64,000 bases of DNA from an uncultured Actinomycetota bacterium (GCA_963815595.1 CAWFHA010000007.1:1079121-1143120), one strand, 5' to 3'; shown: positions 1 to 10,092, numbered from the stretch's first letter. Notes: a model not told the origin generated them from the letters alone. Numbers and translations are program-made.

Positions 1-129
1 GCCGGCCTCGTCGGGACGGTCGCGCTGGATCGCCGTACCCATCGCACCGTCGACGACCAGGATGCGCTCACGCAGGACCGCAGCGAGCTCCTCGGTGCAG
101 TCCGGGCGGTGGTGGGCGGTGTCGGGCAC
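1..129 (-). CDS. metH: Cobalamin-dependent methionine synthase, 5' end (runs off window)
   Basis: Reverse strand from GTG at 129 reads MPDTAHHRPDCTEELAAVLRERILVVDGAMGTAIQRDRPDEAG; ILVxDGAMGT is the MetH Hcy-binding domain start; GAGAGGA RBS upstream. Not in the ORF track. Confidence 0.85.
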   Translation of the reverse strand, partial: MPDTAHHRPDCTEELAAVLRERILVVDGAMGTAIQRDRPDEAG

Positions 130-236
130 AGGTGTCCTCTCGGCGTGGTGGCGTGCAGGTTCCAGCGTACGGACGTGACTGCGTGCCGGGGCGCCGGTAC
201 CGGATCCTGACATGGCTTCCGCACTAGGCTGGAGCG

Positions 237-1088
237 GTGATCGAGATCGCCGACGTGCCGCACCTCACCGACCCGGTCCTGGTGGCTGCCTTCGAGGGCT
301 GGAACGACGCCGCCGGAGCCGCCACCGGTGTGGTCGACCACCTGATCGAGGTCTGGGAGGCCGAGGTCGTCGCCGTTCTGGACCCCGAGGAGTTCTACGA
401 CTTCCAGGTCAACCGGCCGATGGTCTCGACGACCGACGAGGGCATGCGCCGGATCACCTGGCCCTCCACCCAGGTCTACGTCGCCCGGCCTCCGGGCGCG
501 ACGCGCGACGTCGTGCTGCTGCGCGGCATCGAGCCGAACATGCGGTGGCGCCAGTTCTGCGCCGACCTGCTGGCCTGCGCCGACGACCTGGGTGTGGAGC
601 TGGTGGTGACGCTCGGCGCGCTGCTGGCCGAGACCCCGCACACCCGGCCGATCCAGGTCAGCGGCACCGCCACCGAGCTGGACCTCGAGGACCGGCTCAC
701 CCTCGAGCCGGCGACCTACGAGGGGCCGACCGGCATCGTCGGCGTCTTCCAGGACGCCTGCGTGCGTCTCGACGTCCCGGCGGTCTCGTTCTGGGCCGCG
801 GTCCCCCACTACCTGCCCCAGCCGCCGTGCCCCAAGGCGACGCTGGCGCTGCTGGGTCAGATCGAGGACCTGCTGGAGGTGACCATCCCGCTGGGCGACC
901 TCCCCGAGGACAGCCGTGCCTGGGAGCGCGGCGTGGCCGAGCTGGCCGAGGAGGACGAGGACGTGGCGGAGTACGTCCGCAACCTCGAGGAGAGCCAGGA
1001 CGCCTCCGAGCTGCCCGAGGCGAGCGGCGAGGCCATCGCGCGCGAGTTCGAGCGCTATCTCAAGCGCCGCAACCGGCCACGGGACTAG
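237..1088 (+). CDS. PAC2-family proteasome assembly chaperone-like protein
   Basis: AFEGWNDAAGAA, EEFYDFQVNRP, GIEPNMRWR, WAAVPHY motifs; TAGGCT -10 box 6 nt before GTG. Confidence 0.88.
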   Translation: MIEIADVPHLTDPVLVAAFEGWNDAAGAATGVVDHLIEVWEAEVVAVLDPEEFYDFQVNRPMVSTTDEGMRRITWPSTQVYVARPPGATRDVVLLRGIEPNMRWRQFCADLLACADDLGVELVVTLGALLAETPHTRPIQVSGTATELDLEDRLTLEPATYEGPTGIVGVFQDACVRLDVPAVSFWAAVPHYLPQPPCPKATLALLGQIEDLLEVTIPLGDLPEDSRAWERGVAELAEEDEDVAEYVRNLEESQDASELPEASGEAIAREFERYLKRRNRPRD

Positions 1089-1104
1089 CGAGTCCCGGAC
1101 CTGC

Positions 1105-2367
1105 TCACAGGGCCACGCCGAGGGCGGCGTCGGCCAGGGCGCGCACGACCTCGCCGGCCCCGGGCTCGCTGTCCTCGCCGAGGTCGGTGACGGCGCTGGC
1201 CTCGGCCCAGCGGTCGAGCAGGCGCAGCGCGGTGGGTGCGTCGAGGTCGTCGGCCAGCGCGGCCAGCACTGCGTCCACGACCGGTCCCGTCGGCGCTCCC
1301 GCAGGCGCAGCCACGGCTGCCCGCCACGCCTCCAGCCGGGCCTCGGCGGCGGGGACGTCGGCCTGGTCCCACTCCCAGTCGCTGCGGTAGTGGTGGCCGA
1401 GCAGCAGCAGCCGGATCACCATGGGGTCGAGGCCCTCCTCGCGCAGGCGTGAGACCAGGACCAGGTTGCCCTTGGACTTCGACATCTTCGCGCCGTCCAG
1501 CCCGACCATGCCGGCGTGGACGTAGGCCCGCGCGAACGGTGTGCCGGGCTCGGCCACCTGGGCCTCGGAGGCGCTCATCTCGTGGTGCGGGAACACCAGG
1601 TCGCTGCCGCCGCCCTGCACGTCGATGGGCATGCCGAGGTGGTGCCGGGCGATCGCCGAGCACTCCACGTGCCAGCCGGGTCGGCCGCGACCGAGGTCGG
1701 ACTCCCAGGCCGGCTCCCCCGGGCGCTGGGCCTGCCAGAGCAGGCAGTCGAGCGGGTCCTTCTTGCCGGCCCGGTCCGGGTCGCCACCGCGGTCGGCGAA
1801 GACCTCGAGCATCTGCTCGCGAGTCCACCCCGACACCTCGCCGAACGCCGGGTCGTGGGTGACCGAGAAGTAGAGGTCGGACCGGTCCGAGTCCGGCACC
1901 GGCACCTCGTACACGCTGCCGGCCTCCGAGAGCAGCCCGACCATGTCGAGGACCAGCGGGATCGACTCGACCGCACCGACGTAGGCGTCGGGGGCGAGCA
2001 CGCGCAGCGCCTCCATGTCGGTGCGGAACAGCTCGGTCTCCCGTTCGGCGAGCGCGGTCCAGTCCTCGCCGGTGGCCGTCGCCCGCTCGAGCAACGGGTC
2101 GTCGACGTCGGTGACGTTCTGCACGTAGCGCACCTCGTGTCCCGCCGAGCGCCAGGCCCGGTTGAGCAGGTCGAAGGCGACGTAGGTGGCCGCGTGGCCG
2201 AGGTGCGTGGCGTCGTACGGCGTGATGCCGCAGACGTAGAGCCGGGCCGGTCCGTCGGCCGGTGTCACCTCGCGGTGGGCCCCCGTCGCACTGTCGTGGA
2301 CCCGGACGGGTGGGCCGACGGCGGGACCCGGCAGGGCTCCCGGGGACGGAGAGGTCCACGCACGCAT
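1105..2367 (-). CDS. mshC: Cysteine--1-D-myo-inosityl 2-amino-2-deoxy-alpha-D-glucopyranoside ligase (mycothiol synthesis)
   Basis: [36 protein letters not shown] and KMSKS motifs. Confidence 0.95.
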   Translation of the reverse strand: MRAWTSPSPGALPGPAVGPPVRVHDSATGAHREVTPADGPARLYVCGITPYDATHLGHAATYVAFDLLNRAWRSAGHEVRYVQNVTDVDDPLLERATATGEDWTALAERETELFRTDMEALRVLAPDAYVGAVESIPLVLDMVGLLSEAGSVYEVPVPDSDRSDLYFSVTHDPAFGEVSGWTREQMLEVFADRGGDPDRAGKKDPLDCLLWQAQRPGEPAWESDLGRGRPGWHVECSAIARHHLGMPIDVQGGGSDLVFPHHEMSASEAQVAEPGTPFARAYVHAGMVGLDGAKMSKSKGNLVLVSRLREEGLDPMVIRLLLLGHHYRSDWEWDQADVPAAEARLEAWRAAVAAPAGAPTGPVVDAVLAALADDLDAPTALRLLDRWAEASAVTDLGEDSEPGAGEVVRALADAALGVAL

Positions 2368-2382
2368 GCGCTGGAGCCTATG

Positions 2383-3219
2383 TCAGAAGGCCGGCCACGG
2401 GATCGACGGCCATCCGGCGGCCGGCACCGGGAAGCTCCCGTCGCGCAGCAACCGCCGGCAGCGCCGGTCCACGGCGTCGACCTCGGCCACGGTCAGCAGC
2501 TCCTCGAGCCGCTCGCGCAGCCCACCGTGCAGTCCCTCGACGACGCACTCGATCCCCGCCCGCTCCTCGGCGGACAGCCGCTGGCCGGCGAAGCCCCAGA
2601 GCACGGTGCGCAGCTTGTCCTCGACGTGGAAGCAGACCCCGTGGTCGACCCCGTAGCGGTGGCCGTCCGGCATGGCCAGCACGTGGCCGCCCTTGCGGTC
2701 GGTGTTGTTGGTGACGATGTCGAAGACCGCCATCCGGCGCAGGGCCGTGGAGTCCTCGTGGACCAGGGTCACCGGTTGGTCGTCACCCGCGTGGGCGTCC
2801 AGGACGCGCACGAAGCCCGGGGGCACGTGCCCCTCGGGGACCAGGTCGACCGGGTCGGGCTGCTCGTCGGGGCCGGTCTCGGGGCCGGACTCGGGGCCGG
2901 TCTCGGGGCTGGTCTCGGGCTCCATCCACAGCTGCACCATGCCGGGACCAGCGGGCCCGTCGCGCAGCACCGTCGGAGGGACCACGCCCCACCCGAGGTG
3001 GTCCGAGACGACCCAGGCGGCGTACTCGCGGGCGGCCAGGGTGCCGTCGGTGAAGTCCCAGAGCGGCCGCTCACCGGACACGGGCTTGTAGACGCACTGC
3101 ACCCCGTGCTCGCCGAGGCGGGCCAGGAAGGTGTGGTTGGACGCGGGCAGGATCCGGCCGACCACCACCAGCTCCCCGTCGAGGAGCCCGGAGGGTGCGG
3201 AGGCGGACGCGGCGGTCAT
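2383..3219 (-). CDS. SCO1664-family PI3/PI4-kinase-like protein
   Basis: VYKPVSGERPLWDF, NNTDRKGGH, GVDHG motifs; usual neighbour of mshC. Confidence 0.85.
   Translation of the reverse strand: MTAASASAPSGLLDGELVVVGRILPASNHTFLARLGEHGVQCVYKPVSGERPLWDFTDGTLAAREYAAWVVSDHLGWGVVPPTVLRDGPAGPGMVQLWMEPETSPETGPESGPETGPDEQPDPVDLVPEGHVPPGFVRVLDAHAGDDQPVTLVHEDSTALRRMAVFDIVTNNTDRKGGHVLAMPDGHRYGVDHGVCFHVEDKLRTVLWGFAGQRLSAEERAGIECVVEGLHGGLRERLEELLTVAEVDAVDRRCRRLLRDGSFPVPAAGWPSIPWPAF
2868..2920. repeat. Four 12-bp tandem units (CGGGGCCGGTCT-like) encoding PETS/PETG/PESG
   Basis: Units start at 2868, 2880, 2892 and 2904, in frame within the SCO1664-family gene. Confidence 0.8.
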
Positions 3220-3225
3220 GGCAGC

Positions 3226-3819
3226 TCAGGTGCGCGAACGACGGTATCCGTTGGCGCGCGGGCAGAGATGGCCCTCGGGGTCCAGGGGACCACCGCAGAA
3301 CGGGCACGGCGCGCGTCCGGCCGCGACCACGGACTCGGCCCGGGCCGCGAAGGAGCGGGCCATCGCGGGCGGCATCCGGACCAGCAGGACCTCCTCGGGC
3401 TCGGGCTCCTCGATCGGCAGGTCGATCAGCTCCTGCTCGGCGGCCTCCACCGGGACCTCGACCTCCACCTCGGCGACGGGGAAGACCTCGATCACGACGC
3501 GCTCGTCGGCGGCGTCCCAGGACAAGGTGATGGTGCCCGCCCGGAACTCCTCCTCGATCGGCTGCTCGAGCGGCTCGTTGTCGATCAGCGCCACCGGGGT
3601 GACGGCGGGGATCGTCGTCTGCATGTCCTCGGTCTGGAGCAGCTCGTCGAGCAGCTCGGCCACGCGCTCGCCGAGGATCTGCACCTGCTGCTTCTCCAGC
3701 GACACCGACGTCACCTGGGCACCCGCCCGCGCCTGGAGGAAGAAGGTCCGGCTCCCGGGCTCGCCGACCGTGCCCGGCACGAAGCGCTCGGGTGGGTCGA
3801 ATCGGTGGATGACGGGCAT
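3226..3819 (-). CDS. DUF3090-family protein
   Basis: FVPGTVGEPGSRTFFLQAR, EKQQV, C-terminal GRAPCPFCGGPLDPEGHLCPRANG. Confidence 0.88.
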   Translation of the reverse strand: MPVIHRFDPPERFVPGTVGEPGSRTFFLQARAGAQVTSVSLEKQQVQILGERVAELLDELLQTEDMQTTIPAVTPVALIDNEPLEQPIEEEFRAGTITLSWDAADERVVIEVFPVAEVEVEVPVEAAEQELIDLPIEEPEPEEVLLVRMPPAMARSFAARAESVVAAGRAPCPFCGGPLDPEGHLCPRANGYRRSRT

Positions 3820-3828
3820 GGGCCGAGC

Positions 3829-4542
3829 CTAGGGCCTCGCCGAAGCACCTGGCGCGGCCGGACCGGCGCCGCCGCCGACGACGGCGTCGCTGGAGCGTCG
3901 CCGGCGCGAGCGGGACGGCGGAGCGAGGTGGGCCAGGGAGCCGGCGGCGGAGTTCATCGTGACCACGAAGGCCCGGTGCGGGGTGTAGCGCACCACCGAC
4001 AGGCTGCCGGGATCGACCGTGATCCGCTGGAAGGCGTCGAGGTGCATGCCGAGCGCGTCGGCCAGGATCGCCTTGATCGGGTCACCGTGGGAGACGGCCA
4101 GCCACACGGCGTGCTCGCCGTGCTCCTCCTCCACCTCGGCGTCGCGCGCCCGGACGGCACCGACCACGCGGGCCGACATCTCCTGGAGGGACTCGCCCCC
4201 CGGGAACCGCGCGCCGGAGGGCTGCACCTGCACGGTGCGCCACAGCTTGTGCCTGGCCAGCTTCTTGATCTCCTGGCCGGTCCACTCCCCGTAGTCGCAC
4301 TCCAGCAGACGGCGGTCGGTGGCCGCCCGCTGGCCGGGAGCCATCAGCTTCGCGGTCTCCCGGCACCGCTCGAGCGGACTGGTCACCACCGTGCTCAGCG
4401 GCAGCCCGGCCAGCCGCTCGGCCGCCGACCGCGCCTGCGCCGTCCCGGTCTCGTCGAGGTGCACGCCCTTGGTCCGCCCGGCCAGGAGCCCGCCGGTGTT
4501 GGCGGCGGTGCGGCCGTGGCGCGCCAGGATCACGGTTGCCAT
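3829..4542 (-). CDS. Histidine phosphatase (MSMEG_4193-family phosphomutase)
   Basis: LARHGRT, SPLERCRET, ECDYGEW, VSHGDPIK. Confidence 0.88.
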   Translation of the reverse strand: MATVILARHGRTAANTGGLLAGRTKGVHLDETGTAQARSAAERLAGLPLSTVVTSPLERCRETAKLMAPGQRAATDRRLLECDYGEWTGQEIKKLARHKLWRTVQVQPSGARFPGGESLQEMSARVVGAVRARDAEVEEEHGEHAVWLAVSHGDPIKAILADALGMHLDAFQRITVDPGSLSVVRYTPHRAFVVTMNSAAGSLAHLAPPSRSRRRRSSDAVVGGGAGPAAPGASARP

Positions 4543-4574
4543 GCGGGGAGCGTACGCGGCATAGCCTGCTCCTT

Positions 4575-5555
4575 GTGATCGTGGACAACGCGCTGTACCG
4601 CAACGGGGAGCGGGTCGACTGCGGCGTGGAGACCTCCGACCTCACCGGTGTCCGGGACCTCGTCGAGAGTGGGGACGACTTCGTCTGGGTGGGTCTGCAC
4701 CAGCCCACCGGCGAGGAGCTCGACATGGTGGCCGACCTCTACGGGCTGCACCCGCTGGCCGTCGAGGACGCCCTGCGCGCGCACCAGCGTCCCAAGGTGG
4801 AGCGGTACGACGACTCGCTGTTCATCGTGCTCAAGACGCTGTGGTACCTCGACGAGCAGGATGCCGTCGAGACCGGCGAGATCAGCCTGTTCGTCGGCCC
4901 CCAGTTCGTCATCACCGTGCGGCACGGCACCGGCGGAGCTCTCGACCAGGCCCGTCGCCGGCTCGAGGCGATGGCCTCGGTCCTGGCGCACGGACCCTCC
5001 GCGGTCGTCTACGCGGTCTGCGACGAGGTCGTCGACCGTTACGAGGAGGTGGCCGGCGCGCTCCAGGAGGACGTGGACGAGGTGGAGGAGTCGGTCTTCT
5101 CCACCGAGCGCACCAAGGATGCCGCGCGGATCTACGTCCTCAAGCGCGAGCTCGCGGAGATGCGGCGGGCGGTGATGCCGCTGCGCGAGCCGATGAACCG
5201 CTTCATCCACGGCGCCGTCGAGGGCATCCACAGCGACTCGGGCCCCTACTTCCGCGACGTGGCCGACCACCTCAGCCGGGTCGCGGACACCATCGACACC
5301 CTGGACACCCTGCTCTCGACGGCCTTCGAGGCCCACCTGGCGCAGATCTCGATCCAGCAGAACGACGACATGCGTCGGATCACCGCGATGGTCGGTCTGT
5401 TCGCGGCCCCGACGCTGGTGGGCAGCGTCTACGGGATGAACTTCGACCGGATGCCCGAGCTGCACTGGGCGCTGGGCTATCCGATGGCGCTGGGCCTGAT
5501 GGCGCTCAGCTCGCTGGTCGTGCTGCTGGTCAGCAAGCGCGCCGGCTGGCTGTGA
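4575..5555 (+). CDS. corA: CorA-family Mg2+/Co2+ transporter
   Basis: HPLAVED, HQRPKVE and GMNF signature; start moved to GTG 4575, 7 nt after TAGCCT. Confidence 0.92.
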   Translation: MIVDNALYRNGERVDCGVETSDLTGVRDLVESGDDFVWVGLHQPTGEELDMVADLYGLHPLAVEDALRAHQRPKVERYDDSLFIVLKTLWYLDEQDAVETGEISLFVGPQFVITVRHGTGGALDQARRRLEAMASVLAHGPSAVVYAVCDEVVDRYEEVAGALQEDVDEVEESVFSTERTKDAARIYVLKRELAEMRRAVMPLREPMNRFIHGAVEGIHSDSGPYFRDVADHLSRVADTIDTLDTLLSTAFEAHLAQISIQQNDDMRRITAMVGLFAAPTLVGSVYGMNFDRMPELHWALGYPMALGLMALSSLVVLLVSKRAGWL

Positions 5556-5573
5556 GGTCGGGCGGCGACCTCA
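5553..5573. terminator. Hairpin between convergent corA and uppP, built on both stop codons
   Basis: TGAGGTCG-ggcgg-CGACCTCA, perfect 8-bp stem. Confidence 0.55.
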
Positions 5574-6395
5574 GGCGGCGAGGACGCCGGCCCAGAGCAG
5601 GACGAGGGTGAGCACCCCCAGGGCGACGCGGTAGAGCACGAACGGCGTGTAGGAGTGCGTGGCGACGTAGCGCAGCAGCCAGGCGATGGCGGCGTACCCG
5701 ACCAGGAACGAGACCACCGTGGCCACGAGCGTGGGGCCCCAGCCGTAGGCGTTGGTGCCGTTCGGGATCTCCTTGAGCTCGAAGAGACCGGCGCCGACCA
5801 CGGCCGGGATGGCCAGCAGGAAGGCGAACCGGGTCGCGGCCGCGCGTTCGAAGCCCAGGAACAGCCCCATCGAGATGGTCGCCCCGGACCGGGAGACACC
5901 GGGCACGAGGGCCAGTGCCTGGGCCAGGCCCATCAGCACGGCGTGCCGCAGGCCGACCTGCTTGAGGTCGCGGTCCAGGCGAGCGGTGCGGTCGGCGACC
6001 CCGAGCACCAGGCCGAGCACGATCAGCGCCGTCGCGATGATCCACAGGTTGCGGAAGTCCCGCTCGATGATGTCCTTGAGCAGGATGCCCAGCACGACGA
6101 TCGGCAACGAGCCGACGATGACGTACCAGCCCATCCGGGCGTCCACGTGGCCGCGGTACTCGGGCCGGAACAGCGAGCGCACCCAGGTGGACCCGATGCG
6201 CCAGATGTCCTTGCGGAAGTAGATCAGCACGGCCAGCTCGGTGCCGATCTGGATCACGGCCGTGAAGGCGGCGCCGGGGTCGCCCCACCCGAACCACTCG
6301 GGGAAGATCCGCAGGTGCGCGCTGCTGGAGATGGGCAGGAACTCGGTGAGCCCCTGGATCAGCCCGAGGGCCACGGCCTTGAGGAAGTCGAGCAC
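5571..6395 (-). CDS. uppP: Undecaprenyl-diphosphate phosphatase (BacA)
   Basis: QGLTEFLPISSSAH and PGVSRSGAT motifs; start at GTG 6395, 6 nt after TACACT. Confidence 0.95.
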   Translation of the reverse strand: MLDFLKAVALGLIQGLTEFLPISSSAHLRIFPEWFGWGDPGAAFTAVIQIGTELAVLIYFRKDIWRIGSTWVRSLFRPEYRGHVDARMGWYVIVGSLPIVVLGILLKDIIERDFRNLWIIATALIVLGLVLGVADRTARLDRDLKQVGLRHAVLMGLAQALALVPGVSRSGATISMGLFLGFERAAATRFAFLLAIPAVVGAGLFELKEIPNGTNAYGWGPTLVATVVSFLVGYAAIAWLLRYVATHSYTPFVLYRVALGVLTLVLLWAGVLAA

Positions 6396-6487
6396 CGCGC
6401 CAGTGTAGGGACGGCGGTGTCCCGTCCCGGGCACGCGCTCCGGCGAGCCGACGACGTCGTGCTGGCCCCGGTGGATAGCGTTCAGCC

Positions 6488-7453
6488 ATGCAGCAGCGGT
6501 TCCTCGGCGCCACCGGCCTGTCGGTCTCGCGCCTGGGCCTGGGCACGATGACCTGGGGGCGTGACACCGACGAGCACGAGGCGCGAGAGCAGCTGACCGC
6601 CTTCGTCGAGGCGGGCGGCACCCTCGTCGACACGGCGGCGGGCTACACCGACGGCGACTCGGAGCGTCTGCTCGGATCGCTGCTCGGCGACGTGTGCCGG
6701 CGTGAGGACGTCGTGATCGCGACCAAGGCCGGCATCGGGCGGCGGCGGGGCGAGCGCTTCACCAACGCCTCGCGAGGACACCTCCTGCGCTCCCTGGACG
6801 CCTCGCTGCAGCGGCTCGGCGTCGACTCCGTGGACCTGTGGCAGGTGCACACCTGGGTCGACGACGCCCCGCTGGAGGAGACGCTCGGCGCACTCGACCA
6901 CGCGGTCACGACCGGGCGTGCGGCGTACGTGGGGGTGAGCAACTACAACGGCTGGCAGACGGCCCAGGCGGCCACCTGGCAGCGGGCGGTGCCCGGCCGG
7001 GCCGTGCTGGCCTCCAACCAGGTGGAGTACTCGTTGCTCAACCGGCGCATCGAGGCCGAGACCGTGCCCGCCGCCCGGGCGCTCGGACTGGGCATCCTGC
7101 CCTGGTCGCCGCTGGGCCGCGGGGTGCTCACCGGCAAGTACCGCCACCACACCCCGGCGGACTCGCGCGCGGCGTCACCGCACTTCTCGACCTTCGTCGG
7201 GCGCTACCTCGACGAGCCCTCCCGGCGGGTGGTCGAGGCGGTCGCCCGGGCCGCCGACGGACTCGACTGGTCGCCGCTGGAGGTCGCCCTGGCCTGGGTG
7301 CGCGACCGGCCCGGGGTCGTCGCCCCGATCCTGGGGGCCCGGACGGCCGCCCAGCTGCGCGAGGCCCTCACCGTGGAGGAGTGCGAGCTGCCCGCCGAGA
7401 TCGTCGAGGCGCTCGAGGACGTCTCGTCGGACCAGGAGGAGGAGAGCGAGTGA
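6488..7453 (+). CDS. Aldo/keto reductase
   Basis: LGLGTMTWG, DTAAGY, YVGVSNY, NQVEYSLL, PWSPLGRGVLTGKY. Confidence 0.92.
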   Translation: MQQRFLGATGLSVSRLGLGTMTWGRDTDEHEAREQLTAFVEAGGTLVDTAAGYTDGDSERLLGSLLGDVCRREDVVIATKAGIGRRRGERFTNASRGHLLRSLDASLQRLGVDSVDLWQVHTWVDDAPLEETLGALDHAVTTGRAAYVGVSNYNGWQTAQAATWQRAVPGRAVLASNQVEYSLLNRRIEAETVPAARALGLGILPWSPLGRGVLTGKYRHHTPADSRAASPHFSTFVGRYLDEPSRRVVEAVARAADGLDWSPLEVALAWVRDRPGVVAPILGARTAAQLREALTVEECELPAEIVEALEDVSSDQEEESE

Positions 7454-7692
7454 GCAGTGCCAAGCAGCGCCGGATCGAGCAGCGTCGCGCGCTGCGCCCC
7501 GGCGTCGAGTACGAGTTCTCCCGGATGCTGATCTCCCGCGAGCTGTCGCGCAGCGCCGTGACCCGGATGCTGGTGGAGCGCGCCGAGCAGGGCGGCTGGG
7601 AGCTCGACCGGGTGGCGGTGGCTCACGACGGCACCCGCCGGGTGCAGCTGCGCCGGCGGATCATCCGCCAGCGGATCGCCTTCCTGGTCTAG
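7450..7692 (+). CDS. DUF5703-family small protein
   Basis: GTG overlaps upstream stop; EYEF...RMLVERAEQGGWELDRV...GTRRVQLRRRI. Confidence 0.8.
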   Translation: MSSAKQRRIEQRRALRPGVEYEFSRMLISRELSRSAVTRMLVERAEQGGWELDRVAVAHDGTRRVQLRRRIIRQRIAFLV

Positions 7693-7696
7693 CGCC

Positions 7697-9013
7697 TCAG
7701 ATCCTCGAGAGGAACCGGTCGAAGACCCGGGCCCCGAACTCCAGCGCGTCCACGGGCACGCGCTCGTCGACACCGTGGAAGAGCGCGGTGAAGTCCAGGT
7801 CGGCCGGCAGCCGCAGTGGCGCGAAGCCGAAGGCGCGCATGCCCAAGGAGGTGAAGTGCTTGGCGTCGGTGCCGCCGCTCATCAGGTACGGCGCCACCAC
7901 CGCGTCGGGGTCCTCCTCGAGGATCGAGGCGGTCATGGCCTCGGCCAGCTCGCCGTCGTACGGGGTCTCCAGGCCGTGCATCTTGGTGATGAACTCGATG
8001 TCGATCTCCGGGCCCGCCAGCTCTCGCAGGGTGTGCAGGAAGTCGTCCTCGAGCCCCGGCAGGAAGCGACCGTCGACCTGGGCGCTGGCCTGGCCGGGCA
8101 CGACGTTCACCTTGTACCCGGCCTGCAGCATCGTCGGGTTGGTGGTGTGCCGGATCACCGCTCCCAGCATGCGGGCGGCCGGTCCGAACTCCTCGACGAG
8201 CTCCTCGGCGTTCTCCGGCGTCGCCTCGGTGCCGGCCAGGTCGGCGACCGCGGCGAGCAGGACCTCCATCGTCGGAGTCAGCTGCACCGGCCACTCGTGG
8301 CCGCCGATGCGCGCCACCGCTGCGGCCAGGCGGGTCACGGCGTTGTCAGGGTGCCGCATGGACCCGTGCCCGGCGTTGCCCCGGGCGGTGAGGCGCATCC
8401 ACGCCATGCCCTTCTCCGCGGCCTCGATGAGGTAGAGCCGCCGGCCGCGCACGGTGGTGGAGAACCCGCCGACCTCGCCCACGGCGTAGGTGCAGTCCTC
8501 GAACCACTCCCGCTTGGCCTCGACGAGCGGCCCCGCGCCCTTGTGCCCCCCGGCCTCCTCGTCCGCGGTGAAGCACAGCACCAGCGGCCGGTCGGGCACG
8601 CAGCCGGCCCGGGCCCGGGCCCGGACGGTGGAGAGCAGCATGGCGTCGAAGTCCTTCATGTCGACCGCCCCACGACCCCAGAGCTGCCCGTCCTGCACCT
8701 CTCCGCTGAACGGGTGCACCTGCCAGTCGTCGGCGTCGGCGGGCACCACGTCGAGGTGGCCGTGCACGAGGACCGGGTCACCGGTGGAGCCGCCCCACCG
8801 GGCGAGCACGTTGGTGCGGCCGGGCTCGGCCTCCCACAGCTCGCTCTGGATGCCGACCTCGTCGAGCAGGGTGGCCACGTGCTCGGCGGCCTTGCGCTCA
8901 CCAGGACCGGGCTGGTCGCCGAAGTTGGTGGTGTCGATGCGGATCAGGTCACGACAGATCTCGGTGACCTCGCCGGCGGGGTCGTACTCACGGGTCGCGT
9001 CGGTGGGACTCAT
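7697..9013 (-). CDS. M20/M25/M40 family metallo-hydrolase
   Basis: HGHLDVVPA, GRGAVDMK, ADEEAGG, GEVGG, FHGVDER. Confidence 0.92.
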   Translation of the reverse strand: MSPTDATREYDPAGEVTEICRDLIRIDTTNFGDQPGPGERKAAEHVATLLDEVGIQSELWEAEPGRTNVLARWGGSTGDPVLVHGHLDVVPADADDWQVHPFSGEVQDGQLWGRGAVDMKDFDAMLLSTVRARARAGCVPDRPLVLCFTADEEAGGHKGAGPLVEAKREWFEDCTYAVGEVGGFSTTVRGRRLYLIEAAEKGMAWMRLTARGNAGHGSMRHPDNAVTRLAAAVARIGGHEWPVQLTPTMEVLLAAVADLAGTEATPENAEELVEEFGPAARMLGAVIRHTTNPTMLQAGYKVNVVPGQASAQVDGRFLPGLEDDFLHTLRELAGPEIDIEFITKMHGLETPYDGELAEAMTASILEEDPDAVVAPYLMSGGTDAKHFTSLGMRAFGFAPLRLPADLDFTALFHGVDERVPVDALEFGARVFDRFLSRI

Positions 9014-9034
9014 GCCCCCATCGTGCCCCAGGGT

Positions 9035-9415
9035 TCACCGGAGATAACGGGCGCCGGCATCGGGCAGGAGGTGCTGGGCACGGGACCAGCGCACGGTGCC
9101 GTCGGCGACGGCCACACCGATCTGCAACGACGCGGCGACCGGGTGCGGCCTGGTGGTCTCCCAGGACCGGGGGTGTCGCCAGGTCTCCTCGAAGACCTCG
9201 ATCTCGAGGACCACCGTGCCGCGGACCGCGCGCTGCACCGTGCGCTCGCACCAGGCCCGGGCCGAGGCGGGGTCGGGCCACCGGCGCTCGACCACGACGT
9301 CCTCGTAGCCGTCCTCCTGGGGTACCCGCATCTGCAGGCGGCCAAGCGCGGTGGAGCCGACGGCCGTGGCGCCGGGGGCAGTGTCCGAGTCCACGGGCGT
9401 CGAGGTGTTCTCCAT
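9035..9415 (-). CDS. Hypothetical protein (126 aa)
   Basis: Protein-like composition; TAGCCT -10 box 6 nt before ATG; no recognisable family. Confidence 0.55.
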   Translation of the reverse strand: MENTSTPVDSDTAPGATAVGSTALGRLQMRVPQEDGYEDVVVERRWPDPASARAWCERTVQRAVRGTVVLEIEVFEETWRHPRSWETTRPHPVAASLQIGVAVADGTVRWSRAQHLLPDAGARYLR

Positions 9416-9525
9416 GGCGGGAGGCTAGTTCCCCGGCCCCGTCCGCGGCATGACGCGCACCCCGCCAGAGGCCCACCTGTCTAGGCCGCGGGGCCGCTTG
9501 TCGGAACCGCGGACCCCGGGCAGGA

Positions 9526-9720
9526 CTACTTCTCGAAGGCGTCCTTGACGTTGCCGGCGGCGTCCCTGAGCTTCTCCGCGGAGTCCCTCACCGAGGCCTC
9601 CACCTGGTCGGCGCGGCCCTCGTTCTCGAGGTCCTCGTTGTCGGTGGCCTTGCCCGCCGTCTCCTTGACCTTGCCCTTGGCGTCCTTCGCGGCGTTGCTG
9701 GCCTTGTCCTCGATGCCCAT
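9526..9720 (-). CDS. CsbD-family stress protein
   Basis: MGIEDKASNAAKDAKGKVKETAGKATDNEDLENEGRADQ is CsbD-like. Confidence 0.85.
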   Translation of the reverse strand: MGIEDKASNAAKDAKGKVKETAGKATDNEDLENEGRADQVEASVRDSAEKLRDAAGNVKDAFEK

Positions 9721-9852
9721 CTGGATCCTCTTCTCGGTCGGTCCCTGCTGTCCGGGAATCCCCGGAGCTCGAGTATCCATGCGTGTGACCTTGATCGCTC
9801 GATCGGGCCCGCTCCCGCGTGACGGACGACGTCGCGTGTGACCGCGCTAACA

Positions 9853-10092
9853 CGTTGCTAGCACTCGATTTGCGCTCCCCGGGAGGCATCTGGCTCACTG
9901 GTGTCTCCGCGTTGCTAGCAAGCAGGCAGCGCGAGACGAAACAGCCCGGCACGGGAAGCGCCTCTTGCTCGTCCCCGGCCGGTGTGCCCCCGACGAGGAC
10001 CTCCGACGAGCAGCGAGGCGCGCCGTCGCGCGCCAGGCGATTCCGGGTAGCCACACCTCCCCTTCGCGGCGCAGCGAGGAACGGCCTTCGAG
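9853..10092 (+). promoter_or_regulatory. Divergent csbD/M23 control region: two CGTTGCTAGCA copies and a multi-stem leader
   Basis: Copies at 9853-9863 and 9910-9920; stem 9958-9973 pairs with 10005-10021. Confidence 0.45.

Noticed and set aside
2868-2920. 12-bp tandem repeat as a contingency locus
   Set aside because: In-frame unit encoding a low-complexity loop; copy-number change would not switch expression.
9381-9389. GTGTCCGAG matching the tRNA-Leu 3' end (15937-15945) as a possible att site
   Set aside because: Only 9 bp, inside an ORF, with no integrase; compatible with chance.
9900-10092. c-di-AMP (ydaO) riboswitch before the M23 gene
   Set aside because: The context fits, but I could not find the conserved GCTGAATCC, GGGGAACC or AGCTAACCCGGTAGGC-type segments; kept as an unclassified structure.
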